Assembly: GCA_020891255.1 (NCBI GenBank)
Contig: BQFW01000007.1
Location: 2,108,001 to 2,172,000 of the forward strand
Source of the DNA: Entomortierella parvispora E1425
Lineage: Eukaryota > Fungi > Mortierellomycota
Direction of reading: 5' to 3'
DNA: 64,000 bases
The notes beneath the pieces were generated by a model, which did no database searches, had not been told where the DNA came from, and saw only the letters and a program-made list of their open reading frames with translations. A program made the position numbers and the translations under genes. Shown one piece after another: positions 38,058-50,970 of this stretch; positions within the stretch are counted from its first letter, which is position 1, and each line of letters starts with the position of its first letter.

Positions 38058-38450
38058 GAGCAACGCGTGAAGAAAGATAGAAAGCATCAGGCAAACAACG
38101 TGCACTGTACAACGTGCACATCCAACATAAATAACATCATCCAGCAAGGATGAAGGATGACGCCGAGAAGGAGGAAGAGAGAAGAGAGAAAAGAGAGCTC
38201 ACACGCAGACAACACAACAGAAAAGGCGCGGGTGAAGCAATAAGCAATCAGGGTAAGCCATCATCAGGGCAAAGGCAAGCAAAGGCGGCAAGCAAAGGCG
38301 GCAAGCAAGGGCAAGCAACGATGTAACTGTGTAACCGTGCTGACTGTGGTTGGTCTCGTCTGTTCCTGCTTTGTTGCTTTGTCCCCTCGTTCGTGCTCTC
38401 TGTCCTGCCACACTTTCACCTTCACCCTCACCTTGACCCACCTTCACTCC

Positions 38451-38502
38451 TTTCCCTTTCCCTTTCCCTTTCCCTTTCCCTTTCCCTTTCCTTTCCCTTT
38501 CC
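38451..38502. repeat. (TTTCCC)n hexamer repeat
   Basis: ~8-9 units in the pyrimidine-rich region upstream of the kinase gene. Confidence 0.85.
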
Positions 38503-38767
38503 TTTTCTCTCTTTCTCCCTTCCTCTCAACTCGTCGTCTTCCCCCTTCTCCTTTCTCGTGCTCCCACCCACCCACCCCTGCATAGACTGCATGTTCCCCA
38601 CCACAGCCCACCTTTGACTGATTGAACCCTTTCATTCCCTGTTGCATTGCCTTGCCTCGCCTCGCCTGCACCCTAGTCTCGCTTCCATCCCTTCTCTCAT
38701 CCTCCAGCCTTTTTTTCCCCCTTTGCACCATTCCAACCACACGACCTGTGCGCCTTCATCGGCATTG

Positions 38768-41700
38768 ATGGCTGCCATCACCATTCAATCACTGCCACAG
38801 CAGGTGCCATTCCTCGCTCCCCAAGGGGTTGACCCGCAGGATGTCCCCTGGCTGGCAGACCTGGTCGCACGCCAGGCCGTTCGGCTCTTTGACCCTCGCC
38901 AGTTGCAGGAACTCGTGCCGTCTGTTGCGACCGGGCCGACGTGTGTCCTCCACACTGCCAAGCTGTACCTCCAGAATCAGGAACAGCAGGGTCAGGGCCA
39001 GGCACAGGCACAGACCCTGGCCATTGCTATCAAGCAGTATCATCGCCCTGCAGATCTCATCTTTGAGGTATGTACAGATACGATGCACCTGGTGGTCCCT
39101 GGTCGGAGTCCAGGCAATGCTCTGATGCATATCTGTTTCTAACCACTTACTCGCTCCACTGCGCCCGGACAATCACTGCATCTCCGTGCTAACGGTCGCT
39201 CTCTCTCTCTTTGACAATATTGCAATAGGTCCACCAACTGCTCATCACCCCTGCATCTCAGTTCACCAACCCTCAGCTGGGCCTAGTCCAATTGGGAGAT
39301 CAAGGATTGACCTGTCTTGTCATGCCCTATCACCCCCTTGGCAACCTCCGTCAGTATATCAAGGACCAACGATCGAATCTCAATGCGCTGCAGCAGATGC
39401 AGATCATCCATGATATTGCCTCTGGACTCGAGTTTCTGCATCAGCGAGGAACCCAACACATGAACTTGCACTCGGCCAATGTCCTCATATCTCTTCAAGG
39501 AGTGGCTCTACTCACCGACTTTGGACGCGCCAACAACCGTGCCGAGGTGGGCATGCCCCCAAAGCCGACAGCTGCGGAGGAAAGGGTCCGATCCCTGGCT
39601 GCCGTGTTTTTAGCACCCGAGGTCTTGGCTTCCAACTCGTATTCAAACAGGAGCGATGTCTACGCACTTGGCATGATCATGTTTGAGTTGCTGACAGGAC
39701 GGGTAGCATTTGAGAACGATCTGAACCTCCCAGGATTGTCGACCAGGATCATGTTTGGCAGACAGGACACGATCCCTCTTCATATCAAGGCGAACCCAGG
39801 ACCCAGCTATGAGTCGCTGATCAAGGATTGCTGGAAACTGAATCCATCGGATCGACCCCATCTCAATGAGGTGAAGAGTCGACTGGAGAAACTGATGACA
39901 GAATGGAGACTCAAGATGCAGCAGCAACAACAACTTTTACTCCAGCAACAACAGCAGTATCAACAGCAGCAACAGGCCCAGTATATGCAGGCGTACCAAC
40001 CGGGCTCAGCTGCCCCACCCACACCGCCTCTGCCAGAGATACCACCTACTGACAAGTCCTTGGGATCCAACATGAGGACATCACGTCTTCCCGACATTGC
40101 AGCTGTTCGAACTGAAGAAAGAGAAACCCCTACAGTTGTAACAACTCATATTGTAGTTTCGGACAAGCAGGACTCGACTTCAGATTCCGGGGCAAAGAAC
40201 AAAAGTGCAAACAAGCCTGTCGAGGCATGGACTATTGGCCTGGCATCTGCACCCTTACATACTCAACAGCGGGATGCTATTCCAGTCACTTCACGGACCT
40301 TATCCAATGGACACCAGAGGGCAAAGTCCGTCTCGCCCGATGACCTGCTCTTCTCGGTGCCTCTGAACACGGTGCCTCTGACTACCGCTATTCCTTCCTC
40401 GGTGACATCGGTGGCTGGAAGCATGCCAACACCCGCTTTGGTCAACCCAGAACCTTCAACGGCCAAAAGCAAGAGCAAGACGGCACCCATCGTTGTGATG
40501 CATCCGACACCGACAAACGGCACTCGACACACAGAGTCAATCTCCTCGATGTCAGGATCGACTACCTCACCGTTGAGTGGCTGGCCTTTGCCACCGACAA
40601 TTCGGACTCATAGCGACACGAGTGTCGTCATGAGCACATATGCGTCTCATCCAACGGCAACCCCAGCTCAGACACCACCAGTACCACAGATACACATTCC
40701 AGCCCGAGGTGTCTCCTCAACTGCCTACACTCCAACAATGGCCGCCACCCAGTCTGAAAACTCTACCATTCCACCGGCCGCATCAGCTGCATCGCCCACC
40801 ACTGCCATCTCGCCCGGCGCGCTCTTCCGTTCTGTAAGGGACAGTATCATTGCCGAAACAGGAAACGAGGCAAACTCCATGGTCTCGTTCTTCAAATGGG
40901 GTCAAGGAACTGAAAACATCCCCGTCGAGAGTCACACGGTCAAATCTGCTTCTGCGTCAGTCAGCATCGTGGGGAAGGCAGAGGACACCACGTTCGACAC
41001 TGGTGTAGGTGCAGGCTCGAGGGACTGGAATCAGAATGCGCGAACTGGACAGGACCCCAAGCGAGCCAAGAGCTTTATGGCCTCCATCGAGTCTCTTGAT
41101 CTTCCACCCCATCCAACATTGAACAATCCACCACCCCTCCCTGCCTCTTCTTCAGCACCACGGGAATCCGCCCTTGTGATCCCCATGTTTCCTGAGCCAC
41201 CTGCTACCCTTCACAATCGCCGAATATCCCAAATGGATATTAGATTTCGGCCCAATAATCTTCGTGCTCTTGGAGCAACGTCTCCAATAATATTAGAGCG
41301 CCCCTCCTCTTTTTCGAGCGACGATTCAGGGTCCGCAGGAGGTGGTCCAAGGAGCCCGACTCGACTTGGCGTGTCCCCCCAGGAATCGACCAACAACGTA
41401 GCAGCCACTCTTGGGCTGACAGCGCGCGGAGCCTATACCCCCATCACCTCTTCCGAGGACGTACCGCAGGCACAGACTTCAAACTGCATCTATTCTGCAG
41501 CACGCAACGGTGATTTGATGGAGCTCCAATATTTTTTGAACTCGGTTTTACATCGATCCCTCTCGAATGGCTCTGGCAACTCCTCGCATGGACAATCCTC
41601 CGTGCACCCGACGGGTTTCTCGTCCATGGCTGCACTTTTGGATGAAGTGGAGCCAATTGAGCGATTGCCCGTCTTGTGTTGCGCTGCCGTTGCGAGAAAG

Positions 41701-43254
41701 AACAAATACCAGGCCTTGAATATTGTCCTAAAGGCCGGAGCCAATGTGGAGGGAAAGGAGCCGCGAGGAGGAAACACACCGCTGCATCTTATTTGTGAAA
41801 CTGCACCTCCTCCTGTCTTAGACTCCTCCGTCATGCGGCACAGAGAAGATGGTGGTATCGTAGAGTCGACTGATGAGAGTCTGGGAGTAGGCCTTGTGGA
41901 TCCAAAGATGAGCCAGCTTTCGCTTTACGATCTGATCCCCATGTATGAGGATGAAAAGGCAGAAGACGAGGATCAGGATCACGAGGAGGTGCTAAAGCGG
42001 GCCGATGAACAGGATGACCAGGAACAGGAAGCTTTGGAGAGAGTGCAAGAGGATTCAGAATCGATCTTTAGCATCACGACCAATGAGGACGGCCTGCCTT
42101 TGCTTTCGACACGTCAACAGAACGCCCTTGGAGGAGGAGGTTACTATCATATGAAAAACCAGATTTTGATGAAGGGTGGTTTAGAAGACCAAATCCGACT
42201 GTTGATCTTGGCCGGCTCTCCCATCGACACGCCCAATCTCCGTGGTGAGACGCCCATGTTGTTGCTGCTTCGGCACCATGACTGTGTTACAGCGTTGGCA
42301 ACGTTTCTCCGACTGGGTGCGGACCCTACCCACATGGCACCTTTTGGACCTGGAACTATGAATTCTGTCGAGGTACACATGGACCCCAAGACACTTCTCA
42401 CGCCGGATTCTCAAAAGAAACGAGGGAGTAAGACATTGAGACGATCAGCCAAAAACAACCCCTTGGTTCAACAGCAGCGTTTACAACAGCAGTTGGGCGC
42501 GGACCCCCATCACATCCTCATCATGCATGGAGCAGCCCTGGCGCATGCAGCGTATTACCTTCAACAGGATTGCGTCCGCTATTTGCTAGAGCACGAGATT
42601 GAGTGCAGTGATCCGGCTCAGATCGAACAAGCCATTGTGGCCTGTCAGCAGTCTGTGGCGGCACAGGTGAACCCACCTTTGGTCTCGGTCCAGAGCCGGA
42701 TCTTGCGAATTCTGGAGCAAAATTGGAGAGGGGAGATTGGGCACAGAAACCGTGTCCGAGTTGCCGAGAGGACTTTGAACCGAAAGCGAAAGCCAGAGAG
42801 ATCCAACCCTCTTTTGGTGGCCTTGGCTGTATCGACGGCTCCGACTCCTCCACCTGGAGGACCTTCCCATTTGACCATGATGAGCTCCCGATTCACGTCT
42901 CCAACATCGCCAACACATGGCTCATCCGCGAAGCCTTCGGTTCTGGGTAAAACCACATCTCAATCTCTAGGAGCAATACCGACCACCCATCTCTATGCTG
43001 TTGAAGGGCCTTCTGGGCCAGAGATTGAGCTCATCAGTCAATATGGCTTCCAACCTGATGGGCATGCCCCACGCTTTCAATTGACGGATCGATCCATGCC
43101 GTTGTCTCCTACTTCCAAGGCACAAGGCGGATTCCATCATGAGCAGTGGGCCAGTGAAGGCGACAGCCCACAAATGGGCGAGGAATCCGATACCAACGAT
43201 ACCAACAAGAATATCTTTAGAAAGTTTCGAACCATTAGCAAAAAAGCCAGATAA
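38768..43254 (+). CDS. TKL-like (pseudo)kinase with long disordered linker and C-terminal ankyrin-like repeats
   Basis: ATG 38768, intron 39068-39228 in frame with the 1320-aa ORF. IAIK, HMNLHSANVL (catalytic HRD Asp absent), DFG, APE and DVYALG motifs; ankyrin-like GGNTPLHLIC, GETPMLLL and GAALAHAAYY. Confidence 0.85.
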
Positions 43255-43293
43255 AGCAGTGACCTTGTTTTAATAATAATAAGCGTGAGGCAT

Positions 43294-43331
<38 letters not shown>

Positions 43332-44225
43332 ATGTTCAATATTGCGTGGGAACGAACGAATCCCCAAATTGCCGCCTGGGAACTAAAGAAATAAATGTAG
43401 AAACCACACGCCTCACATTATTGAGTGGAAGATACTCTGACTCTGAGATAAGCACCATGCGGTGGTTAGATTCCCAGAGCGTGGGCAGGACTCTGGACAA
43501 TGAGTGGGAGCACTGACCAGGTTCAGACAAAAATACACATAAACAAAACAAGGCAGACTTATTGGACACAAAAACTGACACGGAGAATAAAACCGAAATA
43601 GGGGCTTGGCCTGCAAAACAACGCGTGTGGGATCGTTGTCCTTTGCCTAGTTTCTCGTGTGAACATCTGCGCGTCTTTTTTTCCCCGAGTCCATCAATCT
43701 ATTAGGTTGCGCCACAAGATCATGTAAGAGAACTGAATGGATAGTGTATCTACTTTTTTTTTGCATTAATTTTCACTCTCAGCGATAGCAGCTCTTTCGA
43801 TTGAAAACGTAAACCGTATATCCTTGGAATCCTCTCAGGATTGTGCGTCGCCAATGGCCTGCAGAATATGCCCTTCTGCTCATTTTCTAAGTATTCTCTA
43901 GTCTGGGAGAGCGGTGCTTTTTCCGAGGGCCCATCACAAAAATTTTGTGTCAGAAGAGCACGGTCCCCCGCCGTGGGGACGCTTTTTTTTTCTCTTTTTT
44001 TTCCCCCCAAGATCAGCAAATTCTACCCGCCCTGCATTACCCAACCCTTATTCTGGCATGAGAATCGCATTGATTGCATGATCTATAACGAATGGAGTGC
44101 TCTAGCCGTTCAACCTTCCGTGGGTAAATGTAGAAAGTTTTCTCGATATAAACTGCCTCACCCAACCAAGACCACAGGCACAAAGCCTCCTCCCTCACCA
44201 ACTCTATACAAGTCTCTGTTCAAAA

Positions 44226-44786
44226 ATGACACGCTCGCTTCCGTCGCTATTCCTGAGCTTCTTTGCTCTCACTTTGATCTGTCTCCAAGGTGTCTTCGGG
44301 TACATCGAGCCCGGACTCTACGTCATCCAGACTCTTGATAACAAATTTCTCTCGATCGGCCCGGTTCCTCCAGTCTTCCCACCTCATGATGTCCCCGCTC
44401 AGCTTACGACTAATCCACATGAGGTCGAAATTTGGGATGTCAGGCCAGCCGGTGATGGTGGCTACACCATCCGTCAGCGCCAGCGCGGTGACTCGAAGAT
44501 GACCTACGGACTTAACCAAGATGAGGGTAGAGCAGTTATCGTAAGTGCGATGAAGGCTCCCCAGAGCTGGGCTGTGGACTATGCCGGTGACGGTCGGTTC
44601 ACCATTGGAGTCGTCAACCAGGACAACCTCGTTACTGTGAACGGGAGGGAGTTCCCTCCAGTCGTCCTTCGACCTGCCAATGGCAGTCCAGACCAGCGTT
44701 GGAGGTTTGTTCAAATGGACAGATCCTCGTCTGCCCGCGGCGGCATGTACGGAAAGAGCCGTTTCAATCTTCAGTGTGGTCTGTAG
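44226..44786 (+). CDS. Secreted beta-trefoil (ricin-B / mycospin-like) protein, copy A1
   Basis: Intronless 186 aa; hydrophobic signal peptide ending LICLQGVFG; three (Q/E)xW motifs; TATA at ~44147. Confidence 0.8.
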   Translation: MTRSLPSLFLSFFALTLICLQGVFGYIEPGLYVIQTLDNKFLSIGPVPPVFPPHDVPAQLTTNPHEVEIWDVRPAGDGGYTIRQRQRGDSKMTYGLNQDEGRAVIVSAMKAPQSWAVDYAGDGRFTIGVVNQDNLVTVNGREFPPVVLRPANGSPDQRWRFVQMDRSSSARGGMYGKSRFNLQCGL

Positions 44787-45269
44787 ACTCTGCATGGACC
44801 ATTCTGAAACGGTCTGTCGATATCATGGGAGCCCATTCGCCCGCCATATCTACCACCATATACCTCTGGTACTCTTTTTTTTTCTCACTCTCTGTCGTAT
44901 CGTACCCTTATCTCACCATTCCTCTAGCTATTCGACGACAATGTCAGAAGCTAGACCAGCACCTGAATAGTTGTCTACTCTTTGTTTGAAAAGGCAGAAT
45001 GTTGATTGGAATAAATTTTTATAAAAGCGCTCTGTGCTAACAAAAAAGAATCAGAATGGATGGCCACGCCAATTGAGCGTTAGACTCTGGTGAGTTCGTT
45101 CATCTCCTCTTCTAGGTCTAGCTTCTTATTTGACTATCGTAAGGCATCAGTTGACCTCTTCCTCTTGTTGATTTTTTTTTTTTTAAAAAAAACACGGCTC
45201 ACCGGTTTCATACACGGCCATGTCGATCCTTGAAGGTGATTTCAACTGCTCATCTCCATGAAGTAGAAG

Positions 45270-45505
45270 GACCACTCTAGACCAGAGATTGAACTCATCA
45301 GTCAGTAGGGTCTTCCGACTGACGTGCACTTTATACGCTTTCAATTGAAGGGGCGATCCATTCTGCCGCCGTCTTCTATTCAGTCTTCCAAGGTCCAAAG
45401 AGAATACCATCACGCAGTGGGCAAGTGAAGGCTATAGCCCACGAATGAACAAGGGATCCGATCCCAACGATACCAATAAGAACCATTGACTAAGAGGCAG
45501 ATAAA
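45270..45505 (+). pseudogene. Decayed copy of kinase-gene 3' end (relic 1)
   Basis: Matches 43020-43254 (CCAGAGATTGAACTCATCAGTCA...CAGTGGGCAAGTGAAGGC...GATACCAATAAGAA) with stops and indels. Confidence 0.85.
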
Positions 45506-45524
45506 GCTTGAGGTATCTTCTCTC

Positions 45525-45640
45525 GGAAGCGTCTATTTGTCGGCCCGTCCGACAAGATCTTATTTGTCGTCCCTGCTCTCAATTGCTCTTATTTGTCGTC
45601 CGTTCCCCCTTATTTGTCGGCCATGTCCCTATCTGTCGGC
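45525..45640 (+). repeat. Left TIR with ~5 subterminal TATTTGTCG(G) repeats
   Basis: ctatttgtcgg, cttatttgtcgt, cttatttgtcgt, cttatttgtcgg and cctatctgtcgg, spaced ~20-30 nt. Confidence 0.9.
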
Positions 45641-46143
45641 CGCTGATTTTAAGTTAACTACACTAGCATTCCCAAGCGCTTTGACGCCACAATACGAAAC
45701 TGGCAAAGCAGCCTGCGTTCTCCCCTACGATCATGACCTTCATCCTACTTCAGTTGTAAATATCACGAAGAAGACTCCGGTCGTAGGGGCATCTCCATTC
45801 TGCTCTTTGAAGTCCTCTCACCCTCTTTTCCTGGTATCCATCCTTTCTGAAGCCTGCAGCTCAAAAAGCACAACTTTTTTTTCTTTTTTTTTTTTTTTTT
45901 TTTTTGGGAGACATGGCTTCAATGATCATCTCTCCTACAATTGTCCGCTGCCTTCAATTGTCCGCTGCATGAAGACAGTAATACTCCACACTATTAATAT
46001 AAGTTTATGTTCTTTTATTAGGAAAACAGGGCTTTACAAAAATTATCCATTACCACCTCTCAAGATTGGGATATTATTCTCCTCTTATTCTCCTCTTTCC
46101 TGCTCTAATTCTACACTATCTGCAGGCCGTTGTATGTAGATAT

Positions 46144-49100
46144 CTAGAAGTTGCCTTTGGACTTCTTGGAAGCCATGGATAATTCTTGGCTGGACTTGAT
46201 CCTTTTTGTTGGGACCTTCCCCTTGGGCGGTAAAACTATCGGGTCTTTTACGATCTGCAGGCCCGTCATTTCTTCAATTACTTTTTTCATCTGTGCCTCG
46301 GCTTTTTTCATCGCTTTAGCGTAAATAGCTGCCAGCTTTGGATGGTCTGCTCCCATTCGCACCAACTCCTTTGAATTGCCCTGCAACTCAGCAAAGCGGC
46401 TTCGCCGAGCCTGCTCTCTTCGTTCTACAGCGGGGATAGCACCGTACTCGGGGAATAGCTTCGAAGCAGATTCCATATACGTCAAGCATGGAGTCCGAAC
46501 GCGCTTTTCGGACAGAGAAGGATGTCGGGGACCTAGGAAGGCAAGGTCGGGTCCTCTTGTAACCGGAGAAACAGACAAGAAGGGCCGAGACGAAAGATTG
46601 AGGTTCTCGGTGTCTTGCCAGCGCTCTTGGAACCACCGCATGGGCACCAGTTGGATATGGTATCTAAAGGCATGATCTCTCCGCATCATGTAGAAAAAGT
46701 GTTTGCACACAATCCCCACATTCTGCAACTTGAGACATGTGCACAGATATCCTCCATCCCTGAAGAGAAGAACCCACGATGCGTCGTTTTCTTCGAGATG
46801 AGAAACAAGGTGGATACTCTCAATCTCCGAGTCGCTCAGTTCACTTAGCAAGGCCCCCAATGTCGACAGGCGAACTTCTTGTCGAGTAGATAGACGTATC
46901 TGCCCCTCGTCCTCTGGGTCCCTAAAATATCGTCGCAACTTGGTCAGCCATTACAAAAAAAAAAAAAAGGTTAGATGGATTATAGTTGACAGGCGACCGT
47001 TCCCCAGCATTTACTCTACTTACTTCATCGTGCTCATGGAGTTCTGCTTCATAAGAAAAAGAAGAGGAGATTTCCTCTTTCATCTTGTTTTGACCGAATC
47101 GTCCTAGGAATCGCTCGTTTTCCGATATGACGGCTTGAAAGGTATCATATCCCTTATACCTCTCCTTGACACCGTCTTTGGAGTCGTCGAGGAAAGCGAG
47201 GTACCTATTTTGGATGCTATCATCCGCGATCTTCTTTTGAATGACTTGGAAGAGTTCATCCAAGCCTGTGTTGCCGTTCGCCTTGAGTTTGATCAGATGG
47301 TGTGCTTTCTCAACTCGCTGTGAAGCCTGTATCCCAAGCGTGAGGAGTGTCCCCACCCATGGCTTAGCCCAATAAGGGCTTCGACTGTAGATATACTGTA
47401 GCCTCTTGTCAAGTGGACTCCCGGGGACCAAATCAGGGAATGCAAAGTCCAGAGTTCTCTGCCACTCTTCTTCAAAATTTCGCCGAGTTATAGTTCGCTG
47501 AGCAATCCAGAATCCGTTTTTGAACTTTTCGTACTCTTCCTTTCCGACCTGGCAGGAGATGTTCGAAAGATTCTTCGAAAAAGTGCCACAGACAGTTTAC
47601 CATGTGAGTATTGGGGGACAACTTAATGAGCGCCGACTCAAATGCCTTGTCATCGTCGCTAACGACCACATGCGGATGCCGATTGCCGTTCGCCTTGAAT
47701 AAATGGTAAAGAACAAATAAAAAATCTGATCTTGTCTCCTTGCTAAGAAGGGCGCATGCCACAACTCTGGTTGCACCCTCAGCATCGACAATCGTGGTGA
47801 CGTTGAGGTGCATTTTGAAGCGGTTGGTGTTGTATGTTGTGTCGTTCATCACTACATCATGGTATCGTGAATAGAGATCCCTTTGGAGTGGATCCATCCA
47901 AAAGACGCGTCTGATGACCGAATTGTTGTCCGTCTGAACTTTAGCATACCATCGCTCATCCTTCTTGCGGAAACCCGTCAACATTGCTACCAGACGCTGG
48001 GCGTTGTTCGCGCCGTGAGAGCCGGTAGTTCGTCTTGCCATTGCGTTCGACACTCTTCTCCCAGAGAAGTACCGCTCGGGGTTTCGCCTCTTGAGAACTT
48101 CCCTGATAACAGGCATGCTCGCCCCTGCTGCTGAAAGTTCTTGAGCACATTCCCTCATGGGTGTTGTTAACCTCTGTCTCGAGGGACTAAATATCTCGGC
48201 GTGAGCTATCATCTTGTGGTTGTGAGCCGCAGTGTCGTTCTTCCGATAAACGGTACAGTCCTTCCCGTCCTTGCTTGCTGCACGGAGTTGAATGTACCAT
48301 TTGCAGTCGCAGCGAATCGAGGTCTTATTTCTTTCCAACTCAGGTACAGAGGTCTTCTTAGGACTATGCTTCCTCCCTTTTGTACATTCTAGAACCTCTG
48401 TAAAAAAGGGACTGCGTTAGTCGTTCGGCCTTGCCTCGCACACGCCAGCATTGCAAGGAAACGTACTCATCCACTCGCGTGATAGCTTTTTTGCTTGAGG
48501 CGATTCGAATATCAAATCCACACGAAAGGGACCACTGTCGAACGGCATTTATGGCATCCGAGAAAGAATTGAAGATTTGAGAGTCCAGTTCCTCGGGCAA
48601 AGGAGTGTGTGGATTCTAGAAATGGCAGAACAACATCAGACACAGCTCCTCCTTTTTTTTTTTTTTTTTTTTTTTTTTTGTGCAACGAACCTTCTCGATA
48701 GGAACGAAAACCCTTTCATGTTCTGTATCCTGGAAATTCTTGGAGTCCTGGTGGTCCTCACAATCAGATTCTTCTTCATACCAGGGTTCGCGCTCATCTT
48801 CACGAGCATCAGCCTCCCCTCCACACGGGCTTTCATAGTTGGAATAGAGATTGCCCTCAAGATCCCGATCGTCGTAATCATGGTCGTTGTCATCAAGGTC
48901 GTCATCATAATCCTCCGATGGACAATGAAAGCGATTATCGCTGAGGAGATATCGGTCGTAGTAGATATAAAGGTCTTCCCCATCCTGAGCATCAAGGATG
49001 TCAGGGGTTCCCTCTCTTTTCTCCTTCTCCTTCTCTTCAATAACAGGGATGTCATGATCCCCGCCCTTCCCTTGAACAACCGGGATATCGGAAGCGATAT

Positions 49101-50511
49101 TGACAACTCTGTCGGCAACTCTTTCATCGCGCCTTTTTATGGCGGTATTGTGAGTCACCTGAGTTATTCCGTGAGATTTTCTGATGATAAAAGGTGACTG
49201 TTGAGACTGGTCTGGAGGGGTGGGGTCCTCGATAAACAAGGAAGACACGCCCTGCAAGGACAATTGGACAGTATGTAAGTAATTGGACTCAGTAGAAAGT
49301 GATCAACGGCAACATATACGTACTTTGTTCGTCCAGTCTTGTCCGGTCAGAACATACATATACCACAGCCGATGGTTCTTGCTAGTGGCCACCGTCCAGG
49401 CTTTTATGAGATGAAATGGCCGGCACTCGCTCTCAATAACATTAAGAGCAATGACACCACAGGAGCCTCCATCGATGCCTTGTTGGGGTACCTCCAATTC
49501 ATGGACTTTCTTGAATGCCGTATATTCTGGCACCATGCAATGTTTCAACATCCTGGCAATGGTGCGACCAACCTCCTCACCTAATTTATCCGATTGTCCC
49601 CCATCCAGCGAGTGGCCGAAGGACGTTCGTTTGGCGGCAAAGTCGATGACCACAGGAGCCCAATGGCGTCCAATGTTGACAATCGCAAATGCCTTCCTTT
49701 CGGCAATGGCGCAATGAAGGATGGCGGTCTTGATGTAGTCCCACTGCTTCTTTTGTTGCTCCCGCTCATGGACATTCAGATTAATACGAAGGGCTGTCGA
49801 AGGAACGAAGATATCATCGCCGCTGGTTTGAGCTGCAAACTCTTTCATAACCGCGTCAATGACTTGTCCCGACAGCCACTCTTCGTGCCTAAGCTGGAGG
49901 AGGTCGGTGATACTGGTGACGGTACCATTGTAAGCCTTAAAGCCGTGTCTAAGGATAAAAACGGCCAGATTAGATGTGTTAAAAACAAACTGCCATGGCC
50001 AGGGATTATGGATGTACAGTATAACTCACCCCAAAATGTTGGGACTCTGAAGAAGAATGGACCTCATTTTCCGAACGACTTCCGCTCCGATCTTAACAGG
50101 GCCATTTAACCAAGTCAACATATCACGAAGCAAAGCTGACATATCCATTAGGTCATGGATTTGCTTCATGGCCTGAAGGGCGGGAAAGGAGACGAATCCC
50201 ACCTTGCCAATAAGTACGACACCCGGTCGAGAATCGTTACTAATCAGTTCTATCGCGGCCGCGACTGATGCTGGGTGAGGGATCGGCCTGTTGATACTCA
50301 GGTCAGATAGTGTCACTTGAAGCTCGTCGAAGTAGGTCGCAAGTCGCTCTTCGTTGGTGAAGAACGTGGGAGTGACTTTCGTAAGGACAGGTGGGAACTC
50401 CATATGGATTAACTCCCAGCCCGTGAGATGTCTCTGCCACCAGAATTCAAGAAGATCCGCGTCGTCGAGAAGCTCGAGCGAGCCGTTAACATGGCTTTCA
50501 GGGAGCGACAT
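46144..50511 (-). pseudogene. Ulp1-like (C48) protease - acidic linker - FAR1/WRKY-type DBD - MULE DDE transposase - SWIM fusion gene, frameshifted
   Basis: In-frame introns 50029-49949, 49323-49252 and 48690-48616, plus a probable ~55-nt intron near 48417-48471. Ulp1 motifs WLSGQVID, GRHW, VIDF and PQQ..GGSCG; MULE motifs VFW, MNDTTYNTNRF, VVSDDDKA and CLWH; SWIM CTC...VCKH. One-base frameshift near 47575; the splice phase at 47023/46922 is also unresolved. Confidence 0.85.
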
Positions 50512-50970
50512 GAGGTGAGGTTTCCAAGCAAAAGGGTATTTGGTGGTTAAGGGAGATAAGAGGTGGTGGTGGAGGTTCAGTTGGCCGCAAGGCCTTTTAG
50601 TGCCTTAAACGCGTAACGGCTGCCACAAAAAAAACGTCAAGTACTGATTTTTGGCCGATTCTCACGGTGCTCACAAGAAATTACCCCTGAGCCCCTGAAC
50701 CTTCTTCTCGTTTTTGAGTCGAAGGTGCCTACTTTCGCACTTCACTCTTGAATTTATTTCTCGTGTTCAAGTTCTTGCCCAAAAAGAAACATTCCGCTGA
50801 GCAATAAATACGGCACATACTTTCGTCTTTTCTACTACTATTATCTGCACCTGCCTTACTTAGTTACAATCAACCCCATTACTGTGAATCTTCAGGTGAG
50901 TTAAGTACACCTCTTGTCCGTGGAACTCACTCTCAATTGCTCTAACTTCCTTTTTTTTATTGGACAGTAG

